A DNA stretch of 60,295 bases from Chloroflexota bacterium. GTDB taxonomy: Bacteria; Chloroflexota; Limnocylindria; Limnocylindrales; Limnocylindraceae. The notes beneath the pieces were generated by a model. The model had not been told where the DNA came from and made no database searches. It worked only from the letters and a program-made list of their open reading frames with translations. Made by a program: the position numbers and the translations under genes. The DNA is taken from assembly GCA_026389535.1 (NCBI GenBank), contig JAPLHR010000020.1, positions 1 through 60,295 of the forward strand, given 5' to 3'. Of the stretch, positions 17,634-26,034 are shown piece after piece (positions within the stretch are counted from its first letter, which is position 1; each line of letters opens with the position of its first letter).

Positions 17634-18691
17634 CGCGAGGAGCTAGCCCGAGTCTCCATCACGAGGGTTGGGAGGGCCTCGCGCCACCCGTGACCCGCGC
17701 GAGCCACCGCAACGACCAGGCCCTCACGAATCCCACCGCGATCCACAGTGACCTGGCGCGCCGTCGTTCGCTGGAGCAGTGCCTCAACGATCGCAATGCC
17801 AGCAGGGAGTAGTCGCGCGCGGCGTTGCGAGATTGCAAAGCGCTCTGCCACCTCTTTTGCCGTGAGCGCAACGAGTCGCTCCCCCATCGCTGCAAGATCT
17901 TCGCGCTCAATCGTGCGACTGATGAGTGTCGCTGGAACGAGTTTGAGCAGTCGTGTCGCAGTCCCGCCCACCAGGATCAGCCGGTGCACATCAGCAACGG
18001 TAAGGTCGGCAAGTGCGATCTGGGCGTGTCGGCGCAGCTCCTGCCATTCACGCGGTCGTGGTGGGTCTTGATACGAGACACGCGCCAGAAGGCGCGCCGA
18101 TCCGATGGAGACGCCAATGGCACGCGGCATCTCGCCAGGGTGAAGTTCAACCGCTTCGGTTGACCCGCCGCCAATGTCCACGACAAGCTGCGGTACGGAA
18201 TGATCATGGCCATGGTGAAGACCGAGCACCGTCAGGAGGCCCTCCTCCTCATGGGTCAGGACGATCGGCGCATTTATTTTTGGCGTTCGCAAGGCGCGCA
18301 GCACACTCTCCTGATCGCGCGCTCGACGGAACGGTTCCGTAGCAACGACAAAGAGCTCATCAGCGCCCAAGACGCTGGCCCTCGTCCGGAAGGCGGCAAG
18401 CGCATCGCTGATTGCGGTCGTGGCCTTGCGCCCAATGGTGCGGTCCTGTTCAACCAACCGCCCAAGCTCGATGGGCATCGACTCATCCGCGATCACCTCT
18501 TGGCGCACCCCGTCGGAGACGGCCACATACAGGTGCGTTGAGTTGGAGCCGATATCGACCACGGCGCAGACCCGCGGGATGCCCGCCTGGGAGCTCCCCA
18601 CCCGGCTGCGGCGCGGCTTCGGGGTTGCGGGGGCGGTGGCGAGAGACGGTCTCGCCGCGTGAACACTGCGTAAACGCTTACCTGCCACCAT
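17630..18691 (-). CDS. ppx: Ppx/GppA-family exopolyphosphatase
   Basis: AVVDIGSNSTHLYV, VVDIGGGSTE and LILVGGTA show the ASKHA-fold phosphatase motifs. Confidence 0.8.
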   Translation of the reverse strand: MVAGKRLRSVHAARPSLATAPATPKPRRSRVGSSQAGIPRVCAVVDIGSNSTHLYVAVSDGVRQEVIADESMPIELGRLVEQDRTIGRKATTAISDALAAFRTRASVLGADELFVVATEPFRRARDQESVLRALRTPKINAPIVLTHEEEGLLTVLGLHHGHDHSVPQLVVDIGGGSTEAVELHPGEMPRAIGVSIGSARLLARVSYQDPPRPREWQELRRHAQIALADLTVADVHRLILVGGTATRLLKLVPATLISRTIEREDLAAMGERLVALTAKEVAERFAISQRRARLLPAGIAIVEALLQRTTARQVTVDRGGIREGLVVAVARAGHGWREALPTLVMETRASSSR

Positions 18692-18697
18692 CCGCGC

Positions 18698-18703
18698 ATC
18701 CTA
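18698..18703 (-). promoter_or_regulatory. Candidate -10 box (TAGGAT) for leaderless ppx
   Basis: On the reverse strand, TAGGAT is followed by 6 nt and then the ATG at 18691. Confidence 0.35.
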
Positions 18704-18748
18704 GCCGTGAACGGAGATTCCCTCTTGGCGGGGCTGGGGCGGTAGGAT

Positions 18749-19531
18749 GTGAGCAACGTACTTGAGCAGCGCGGAGGGACTATGCCAACAGGAGACGATC
18801 AGCGTCGAGTCGAGAGCGAGATTCAGGAGATCCTCGCGCGCACCGCAACTGATGGCGCCACGGCGGCCCCGCAGGGCGCCCGCGAGCCGCTCGACCGCGA
18901 GCTGCGCAACATCAAAGAGACGGTTATCCGCATGGGGAGCATGGCTGAGGCGGCGATCCGTGATGCCCTCGACGCCCTCGTAACGCACAACGCCGAAAAG
19001 GCCACCGCGGTGATCATCGGCGATCGCAAGATCAACGATATGCAGCATGAGGTCATCACCGCCATCACCACCACCATCGCCACCCAGAGCCCCGTGGCAC
19101 GCGACCTCCGCAACCTCTTGATGATGAACCACGTCGTCTATGAGCTTGAGCGCATCGGCGACCATGCCGCCTCTGTCGCCAAGATTGCTGTGCAGCTCGC
19201 CCCAGAGCCAGCGCTGCAGCGCTACCTCCACCTGCCCGAGATCGGTGAGCTCGCGGCGACGCAGCTGCACGGCATCTTGATGGCGCTCGTTGATGTTGAC
19301 CCGGCGCGCGCCCGGGAGGTCGCGGTGAGCGACGACCAGATCGACGCCCTCTATCGCCAGTCCTTTGATGAGTGTGTCCGCCTCATGGAGGCCGACAAGT
19401 CGAACGTTGCCCGCGGCACGCGACTCCTCTTTGCTGCTCACTACCTGGAGCGCATCGGCGATCGCACCACCAACATCGCCGAAGACATTGTCTACCTTGC
19501 CTCTGGAGAGGTCGAGGACCTCAATCCTTGA
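18749..19531 (+). CDS. phoU: Phosphate signalling regulator PhoU
   Basis: Two PhoU repeats are present (IRDALDAL...D..IN, ARDLRNLL...ELERIGDHA, YLERIGDRTTNIAEDI). The start is either the GTG at 18749 or the ATG at 18782, which has a GGAGG 4 nt upstream. Confidence 0.85.
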   Translation: MSNVLEQRGGTMPTGDDQRRVESEIQEILARTATDGATAAPQGAREPLDRELRNIKETVIRMGSMAEAAIRDALDALVTHNAEKATAVIIGDRKINDMQHEVITAITTTIATQSPVARDLRNLLMMNHVVYELERIGDHAASVAKIAVQLAPEPALQRYLHLPEIGELAATQLHGILMALVDVDPARAREVAVSDDQIDALYRQSFDECVRLMEADKSNVARGTRLLFAAHYLERIGDRTTNIAEDIVYLASGEVEDLNP

Positions 19532-20052
19532 GTTCGGACCGCACAGCTTCGGAGAAGGACCTGAAGCGCCTCTACATCGTTCGCCATGCAGACGCAGGTG
19601 ATCCCGCCGAATGGATCGGCCCGGATGCAGAGCGACCACTCAGCTCCAAGGGAGTTAAGCAGGCCGCCCGACTTGCCGCGGCGCTCGTTGCTGCAGGCAC
19701 GAACGTTGGATCACTCCGCACATCGCCCGCGCGCCGCTGCACCGAAACCTGCGCCGTTATCGCCGCAGCGCTAGAGACAACCGCCACCATCGACGAGCAC
19801 CTCGCCGACGGCCCAACTGCGGCGCATGTCGCCAAACTTCTTTCTCGGCGTGGCCACGACGCCCTACTCCTCGTCGGGCACCAGCCCCACCTTGGCAATC
19901 TGATCGCCGAGCTGACCGGCGTTACCTCAATCCCCGTTGAGAAGGGATCAATGATCCGCATCGACATCCCCGCCCCGTACACGCCAGGGAGCGGTCGCCT
20001 CGTTGCGCTCGTTCCGCCCGCGCACCTTCGCGCTCCGAAGAGCGAGCGTTAG
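19528..20052 (+). CDS. sixA: SixA-type phosphohistidine phosphatase (histidine phosphatase superfamily)
   Basis: LYIVRHADAG...RPLSSKG...LRTSPARRC...LLVGHQPHLG is present. There is no in-frame ATG or GTG, and the likely TTG at 19528 forms a TTGA overlap with the phoU stop. The start is uncertain. Confidence 0.65.
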   Translation: MSSDRTASEKDLKRLYIVRHADAGDPAEWIGPDAERPLSSKGVKQAARLAAALVAAGTNVGSLRTSPARRCTETCAVIAAALETTATIDEHLADGPTAAHVAKLLSRRGHDALLLVGHQPHLGNLIAELTGVTSIPVEKGSMIRIDIPAPYTPGSGRLVALVPPAHLRAPKSER

Positions 20053-20737
20053 CGCGTCGCCGCGCGAGCGGCAGTAGCCCCTTCACCCTCAACACAGAGG
20101 GCGGTGAAGCGCAGGTCGCTCGCCCATGCGGCACCCTCCACGCTCCGTAACGTCCAGCCCGCAATCTCGAGCCCCGCTTCGCGCCAGCGGCTGATGTTCG
20201 CGTCGTTCAGGAGTTCCATTGCGACAGATACCCCGACGCAGCCGAGTGCGGTCGCCTGCTCCGCCTCTGCCGCGGTTTCAGCGTTCAGCCAGCGCGACCA
20301 GTCAGGCGCGCGCTCTTCAAGCTGGAGAGCACAACCGCCTCAGCCTCAGGACCGCGAGCAGCAACAAGGGTGGCAAAGAGATCGTCGGTTGGCTGCTCCT
20401 TTAGTTCGAGGTCAATCAGCGTGGCGGCGGGCATGGCGGCAAGCGCCTCGGCGAGCGTTGGCACACCGAGGTCCGCTAGCTCCGTCGCCGAGAGCTCACG
20501 CACGCGCCGTGGTACCCCGAAGAGTCGATCAAGCGTCTCATCGTGCACGATCACCGCTTCCCCGTCGGCGCTAAAGCGCACATCAAACTCCACGCCATCG
20601 CACTGCGCCGCGCCCGCAACGAGCGCGGCGAGGCTGTTCTCACGGAGCGTTGCATCGTGGGCCCCGCGATGTGCGAGGAGGATCGGGCGCTGGAGTGACT
20701 CACGCGCGCGACCGATCGCGCTCAGACGAAGAGTCAG
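20049..20737 (-). pseudogene. Glycerophosphodiester phosphodiesterase (GDPD/UgpQ-like), frameshifted and without a canonical start
   Basis: Frame A reads ...PILLAHRGAHDATLRENSL...VEFDVRFSADGEAVIVHDETLDRL...AVVLSS and then stops at 20285. A frame shifted by one nt continues EERAPDWSRWL...REAGLEIAAGWTLRS...LRFTAALCVEG to the TAA at 20049. The only start-like codon ahead of the HRG motif is a CTG at 20737 that overlaps the kinase stop. Confidence 0.6.
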
Positions 20738-21948
20738 GAGGCGGCTCCGGCGGCTGGCAGCGTGATCGTGAAGGTCGTTCCAACGCCAGCGGTTGAGGTA
20801 ACGGTGATGTCGCCACCGTGACGAAGCACGGCGTGTCGGGCGATCGCGAGGCCGAGTCCGGTTCCGCCACCACCGACGGCCCCTGCGCCACCGTCAACCC
20901 GCTCCACCGTGAAGAAGCGCTCAAAGATGCGTGAGAGGTGGGCGCGGTCAATGCCAATGCCGTGATCAACCACCGCAATCTGTGTCCCGCCATCGCCGAG
21001 TCGGTCAATCTGTACCTCTACTCGCCCGCCCTCGCGGCTGTACTTCACGGCGTTATGGACGAGGTTCGCCACCGCCTGGCGGAGGCGATCGCGGTCACCA
21101 GTAATCAGGAGCGACCCCGTGCCGATCACATCAATGCCCCCACCGTGCTGCGCCGCGACCGGAGCAAACCGCTGCGCGACCTCCTCAGCCAAGGCGACGA
21201 GGTCAAACTCGGCCTTGCGGAGCGGGATCTCACCCGCCTCCAGCGTGGCGAGATCGAGCATCTCATCAGCCATCTGCACAAGGTGGAGCACCTCGACTTC
21301 AATTTTTGCGCTGCGACTCTCCACGCCAGAAACATCACCCTTCGCCGCGGCACCGCCAATCGTCTCGGCGAGGAGGCGGATCGTTGAGAGCGGCGTGCGC
21401 AGCTCGTGCGAGAGGTTGTCCACGAACTCGGTGCGGATCTGTCGCAGTCGACGCACCTCAGTAAGGTCGCGCAAGACGAGCCATGCGCCACCATCGCCAT
21501 CCGGCGCCGCCACCACAGAGACGTAGCGCGCCTCGTCGGAGTGCCCAAGTCGACCGTCACGAATATCAATCTCGCCACGATGGACCTCACCAGCGATTGC
21601 CTTGCGGGTGAGCTCCTCGAGCCGGAAGTCAACCGTCGCCTCGATCAGTGGCATCCCACGAAACTGCACGTCGCCACGTGCAAGGATCTCGCCGGTGACC
21701 GGACTCGCTGCACGAATCACGAGATCCGAGCCAATGCGGAGGATGGCGTCATCGGTTGCTTCAAGGAGGGCATTCAGGCGCTCAGATCGGCGATCGGCGC
21801 GGTCCCAGGCGACATCTGCTCGGCTGCTCTCGCGCGCAGCGCGATCGGCCTCGGTTGCAACATCTTGCGCTGTGAAGCGGCGAACGACCAGATAGGTGAT
21901 CCCTGCAGAGATGAGTACCGTTGCGAGACCGATGACGAAGTCTGGCAT
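20734..21948 (-). CDS. Membrane-anchored PAS histidine kinase, PhoR/SenX3-like
   Basis: It has an N-terminal TM helix, a PAS-like region, the H-box NLSHELRTPLSTI and an HATPase domain (HNAVKY, VVDHGIGI, GTGLGLAI). Its ATG shares one nt with the proS stop (TGATG). Confidence 0.8.
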   Translation of the reverse strand: MPDFVIGLATVLISAGITYLVVRRFTAQDVATEADRAARESSRADVAWDRADRRSERLNALLEATDDAILRIGSDLVIRAASPVTGEILARGDVQFRGMPLIEATVDFRLEELTRKAIAGEVHRGEIDIRDGRLGHSDEARYVSVVAAPDGDGGAWLVLRDLTEVRRLRQIRTEFVDNLSHELRTPLSTIRLLAETIGGAAAKGDVSGVESRSAKIEVEVLHLVQMADEMLDLATLEAGEIPLRKAEFDLVALAEEVAQRFAPVAAQHGGGIDVIGTGSLLITGDRDRLRQAVANLVHNAVKYSREGGRVEVQIDRLGDGGTQIAVVDHGIGIDRAHLSRIFERFFTVERVDGGAGAVGGGGTGLGLAIARHAVLRHGGDITVTSTAGVGTTFTITLPAAGAAS

Positions 21949-23732
21949 CAGGCGGCTGGGTGAGGATCGCGCGCTGAATGTCGAGGTGGGTACCCACGCG
22001 CGAGTAGCTCCGCCTCAACTGCGGCACGATCGCTGGCCTGTGCGGCACGAATGGCGTCGAGCACTGCCCCGATTGGGAGAACGCTGCGCTCGCCCGTTGA
22101 ACGCCGGGTGACCTCTGCGCCACCAGCCTCAAGTGAGCGAGGCGAGATGGTGATCATCCATGGGGCACCGATCAGTTCGGCGTCAGCGAACTTCACGCCA
22201 GGGGTCTCGGCGCGATCATCTACGAGCAGCTCGATGCCAGCAGCCTCCGCCGCCACCTCAAGGGCGAGTGCGATCTCGGTGACCTTCGGATCCTTGTTCG
22301 CGCCAACGATCGCAATCTGCGCGTCGAATGGGCTGATCGAGATCGGCCAGGAGAGGCCCTTCTCGTCGTGGTGCGCCTCGGCGATGCAGGCGACCGCGCG
22401 ACCAACGCCGATCCCGTACGAGCCCATCACGATCGGGTGCGAGACCCCCGCCTCGTCGGCGTATGTTGCGCCGAGTGCGCCGGTGTATCGCGTGCCGAGC
22501 TTGAAGATATTGCCAACCTCAATGCCGTTCTCGATGCGTAGCTGGCCGCCACAGGCGAGGCAGGCATCGCCCACCTTCGCTGAGGCGATGTCGGCGACAG
22601 CGGTCGGCGTGTAGTCTCGGCCGACATTCACACCAGTAAGGTGATAGCCCGCCTTGTTCGCCCCAGCGACCATGTTGGCGGTCGACGCGACAAGCTCATC
22701 CACGACCACGGTTGCACCCTTGATGCCAACAGGCGATGCGTACCCTGGCTCCATGCCGGCGGCGCGAATCTCCTCCTCGCGGGCGGGCCGCAGGTCTCGT
22801 GCGCCGATGGCGTTGGTGAGCTTTGTCTCCTCAACCTCATCATCGCCGCGCACAATGGCAACGATCAGCCGACCATCACGGTCGGCAAAGAAGACCGCCT
22901 TGGCACAGGTCGATGCAGGGACCTTGAGCTGTGCCGCGAGTTCATCGATGGTTGAGGCACCTGGCGTTGCGATCTCCTTGAGCGGCTCCTGTGGCGTACT
23001 CGCCCCGACTTCGCGCCGCACGGCGGCGACCTGACGGTTCGCCGCAGCGCCGCAGCCATCGCAGAGCACAAGGCTATCTTCGCCAAACGTGCTGAAGGCC
23101 ATGAACTCATGTGCGAGCGAGCCGCCCATCATGCCAACGTCGCTAGCCACGGCGATTGCCTCGAGTCCGAGGCGCGCGAAGATGCGCGTGTAGGCGTGGT
23201 AGTAGAGCTTGTAGGAGCGGTCGAGGCCCGCCTCATCACGGTCGGCGCTGTAGGCGTCCTTCATCGTGAACTCGCGCACGCGAATGAGTCCGCCGCGCGC
23301 CCGTGGCTCGTCGCGCCACTTGGTCTGGAAGTGGTACATCTGCTGCGGGAGTTGGCGCCACGAGTTGATCAGCTTGCGCAGCAGGTCGGTCACGACCTCC
23401 TCGTGCGTCATCGCCAGCACCATGTCGCGGCCACCGCGATCGTTGAAGCGGCCCATCTCTGGGCCGATCTGGTCGTAGCGCCCCGTCTCGCGCCAGAGGT
23501 CGGCGGGATGCACGACCGGCATCAACATCTCCTGGGCGCCGATCGCATTCATCTCTTCACGGATCACCTGGGTGACGCGCATGTTGACGCGCATGCCGAG
23601 TGGGAGGAGTGAGTAGATCCCGGCACCGAGCGGCCGAATATACCCAGCGCGCAGCAAGAGCCGATGCGAGGGCATCTCCGCGTCGGCGGGGTCCTCCCGG
23701 AGGGTCGTAAAGAAGAGTTCGCTCATGCGCAT
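21948..23732 (-). CDS. proS: Proline--tRNA ligase, bacterial type with INS editing domain
   Basis: PSHRLLLRAGYIRPLGAGIYSLLPLG, FRDEPRARGGLIRVREF, a central editing insert and a C-terminal anticodon-binding domain are present. Confidence 0.92.
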   Translation of the reverse strand: MRMSELFFTTLREDPADAEMPSHRLLLRAGYIRPLGAGIYSLLPLGMRVNMRVTQVIREEMNAIGAQEMLMPVVHPADLWRETGRYDQIGPEMGRFNDRGGRDMVLAMTHEEVVTDLLRKLINSWRQLPQQMYHFQTKWRDEPRARGGLIRVREFTMKDAYSADRDEAGLDRSYKLYYHAYTRIFARLGLEAIAVASDVGMMGGSLAHEFMAFSTFGEDSLVLCDGCGAAANRQVAAVRREVGASTPQEPLKEIATPGASTIDELAAQLKVPASTCAKAVFFADRDGRLIVAIVRGDDEVEETKLTNAIGARDLRPAREEEIRAAGMEPGYASPVGIKGATVVVDELVASTANMVAGANKAGYHLTGVNVGRDYTPTAVADIASAKVGDACLACGGQLRIENGIEVGNIFKLGTRYTGALGATYADEAGVSHPIVMGSYGIGVGRAVACIAEAHHDEKGLSWPISISPFDAQIAIVGANKDPKVTEIALALEVAAEAAGIELLVDDRAETPGVKFADAELIGAPWMITISPRSLEAGGAEVTRRSTGERSVLPIGAVLDAIRAAQASDRAAVEAELLARGYPPRHSARDPHPAA

Positions 23733-23783
23733 GTGGTCAATCCTACCCGCGAGCGGGGCTCTCGTTCAGGAGGGGTGTGTGGA

Positions 23784-24524
23784 TCAGGCTGGGCGGCGGA
23801 GAACGTAGCCGATCCCGCGAACCGTCTGGAGGGCCACCGGCTCGGCTGGGATCGCCTCCATGGCCTGGCGCAGGGCGTGCATGTGCACGTCGACCGTGCG
23901 TGTTTCGCCGGCATAGTCGTAGCCCCACACCTTGTCGAGGAGCTGCTCGCGGGTATACACACGACCCGTGTTCTCAATGAGGAAGGCCAGCAGCTGGAAG
24001 GCCTTCGGCTTGAGGTGCACCACGGTGCCGTCTCGCAGAACCCGCTGGCCCTCGAGGTCAACCTCCGCCTCGCCGACGCGAAGACGGCGGGCACCCTGGG
24101 CCGCGGGGCTCGGATCAGCCTCGGCGCGGCGAAGCACGGCGCGAATGCGCGCAATCAGCTCGCGCGACGAGAACGGCTTCGTCACATAGTCATCGGCGCC
24201 AAGGTCAAGGCCGCTGATGCGATCGCTCTCAGATGCCTTTGCGGTGACCATGATGATCGGCACGCGCGAGCTGCTGCGAATCGATCGGCAGACCTCAATG
24301 CCGCCCATCTCAGGGAGCATCAGGTCCAGCAGGATCAGGTCTGGTGGAGCGGCGCGAAAGGCGGCAAGCCCTGAAGCGCCGGACTCAGCCTGGGCGACAA
24401 CGAAGCCTTCGCTTGTCAGCGCATCAGCGAGCGCCTCACGGAGGGCTCGCTCATCTTCAACCAGCAGGATCTTGATTGGTCGTTCAGGCACCGCGTCACT
24501 CTGAGGGAGCGGTGTTATCGCCAT
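23784..24524 (-). CDS. OmpR/PhoB-family response regulator, PhoP/RegX3-like
   Basis: ILLVEDE...LLDLMLPEMGG...GLDLGADDYVTKPFSSREL is followed by a winged-helix domain (VWGYDY...RTVDVHMHALR...GIGYVL). Confidence 0.88.
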   Translation of the reverse strand: MAITPLPQSDAVPERPIKILLVEDERALREALADALTSEGFVVAQAESGASGLAAFRAAPPDLILLDLMLPEMGGIEVCRSIRSSSRVPIIMVTAKASESDRISGLDLGADDYVTKPFSSRELIARIRAVLRRAEADPSPAAQGARRLRVGEAEVDLEGQRVLRDGTVVHLKPKAFQLLAFLIENTGRVYTREQLLDKVWGYDYAGETRTVDVHMHALRQAMEAIPAEPVALQTVRGIGYVLRRPA

Positions 24525-24531
24525 GTAAACG

Positions 24532-26034
24532 CTAGCTGCCGCTCACCAGTGCTGCGGCGGCGTCGAGATGCGCCAGCACGCGAGTGCGACCGAGGAGGCG
24601 CATGCTGTCAAAGAGTGGTGGTGTTGCCGTTCGCCCCGTCACCGCGACACGGAGAGCCATGAAGAGATCGCCCGACTTCCAGCCCGACGACTCGGCGAGC
24701 GCCCGGAGCTGCACCTCGAGCGGATCTTCAGCATCAAGGAGTGGTTGTTCGCCCTCGCCAACCGCCTCAGCGATCAGCGGGCGAGCCGCCGCAAGCGCCT
24801 GCAGGGTGGTGGCAGCATCCCAACGCTTCGGTACCAGCGCGGCACGATCGTGCTCCAACGCCGTGGCGAAGAGGAAGTCGGTAAGCGTGACCGCCGATGA
24901 GAGGAGCGGAATACGATCGCGGATCAACGGGATCAGCGCAACGATCTCCGCGTCGGTGGCCGCTCGCTGCAACGTGCCGTCTGCTGCAGCGCTCTCGTAG
25001 AAGGGGCGTAGCCGCACGAGCAGCTCTTCGTTGTTCAACCGTCGAATCCATTGACCGTTGAGCCACTCCAGTCGGGTGCGATCGAATACCGCGCCGGCCT
25101 TCTGCACATGCTCAAGGTTGAATCGCTCCTGCAGCTCATCAATAGAGAGCACCTCATCTTCGCTCCCCGTTGACCAGCCGAGTAGTGCCAGGAAGTTGAC
25201 CAGCGCCTCAACCAGGAAGCCCTCAGCCCGATAGTCGACGAGGGCGGTCTGACTCTTGCGCTTGCTCATCTTCGTTCGGTCGGGATTCAAGATCAGCGGC
25301 AGGTGGGCAAATTTCGGCAGCGGCACACCGAGCGCCTCAAAGAGAAGGATGTGCTTCGGCGTGTTGGAGAGGTGGTCCTCGCCACGAATGACGTGGGTGA
25401 TCCCCATATCGGCATCGTCGACCACCACGGTGAAGTGATAGAGCGGTGTCCCATCGGCGCGTAAGATCACCAGATCACCACCCAGTGCGTCGCTGTCGAT
25501 CTCCACCCGCCCGCGGACAAGATCATCAATAACAACAACGCCAGGCTTAATGCGGAAGCGCAGGGCTGCCGACTCGCCAGCTGCGATGCGGGCGGCAGAG
25601 GCATCGGCAGAGATGGCGGCACAGCGGCCGGAGTAGCGCGGCGGGAGCTTTGCCGCTTCGCGAGCTTTGCGCTCTGCATCGAGATCGCCTGGCGTGCAGA
25701 AGCAGGGGTAGGTCAGCCCTTTGGCGCGGAGCTCATTCGCGACAGCGGTGTAACGCTCACTTCGTTCTGATTGACGGTATGGGCCGCGATCGCCGCGCTC
25801 CCCCTCTGCAACGACACCCTCATCGGCGCCAAGGCCGAGCCAGGCGAGCCCTGCAAGAATGTCGGCCTCAAACTCCTTGTTGGAGCGGGCCGTGTCGGTG
25901 TCTTCCACGCGCACGATGTAGGTGCCGCCATGGCGACGTGCGAAGAGCAGGTTGAAGAGTGCTGTGCGTGCCGTACCAATATGGAACGGCCCTGTTGGGC
26001 TCGGCGCAATGCGAACGCGCACGACGTCACTCAT
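24532..26034 (-). CDS. gltX: Glutamate--tRNA ligase
   Basis: VRIAPSPTGPFHIGTARTALFN (HIGH motif), VRVEDTD and KMSKRK (KMSKS motif) are present. Confidence 0.92.
   Translation of the reverse strand: MSDVVRVRIAPSPTGPFHIGTARTALFNLLFARRHGGTYIVRVEDTDTARSNKEFEADILAGLAWLGLGADEGVVAEGERGDRGPYRQSERSERYTAVANELRAKGLTYPCFCTPGDLDAERKAREAAKLPPRYSGRCAAISADASAARIAAGESAALRFRIKPGVVVIDDLVRGRVEIDSDALGGDLVILRADGTPLYHFTVVVDDADMGITHVIRGEDHLSNTPKHILLFEALGVPLPKFAHLPLILNPDRTKMSKRKSQTALVDYRAEGFLVEALVNFLALLGWSTGSEDEVLSIDELQERFNLEHVQKAGAVFDRTRLEWLNGQWIRRLNNEELLVRLRPFYESAAADGTLQRAATDAEIVALIPLIRDRIPLLSSAVTLTDFLFATALEHDRAALVPKRWDAATTLQALAAARPLIAEAVGEGEQPLLDAEDPLEVQLRALAESSGWKSGDLFMALRVAVTGRTATPPLFDSMRLLGRTRVLAHLDAAAALVSGS

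Noticed and set aside
20104-20574. A 156-aa plus-strand ORF in the gap between sixA and the PhoR-like kinase.
   Set aside because: It is antisense to the two halves of the GDPD pseudogene, which carry unmistakable GDPD motifs. The plus-strand translation is Arg/Ser/Ala-rich and featureless.
24525-24531. A T-box or attenuator leader in front of the aminoacyl-tRNA synthetase genes gltX and proS.
   Set aside because: gltX overlaps the upstream DtxR-family gene by 4 nt. Only 51 nt precede proS. Neither space can hold a T-box or a leader-peptide attenuator.
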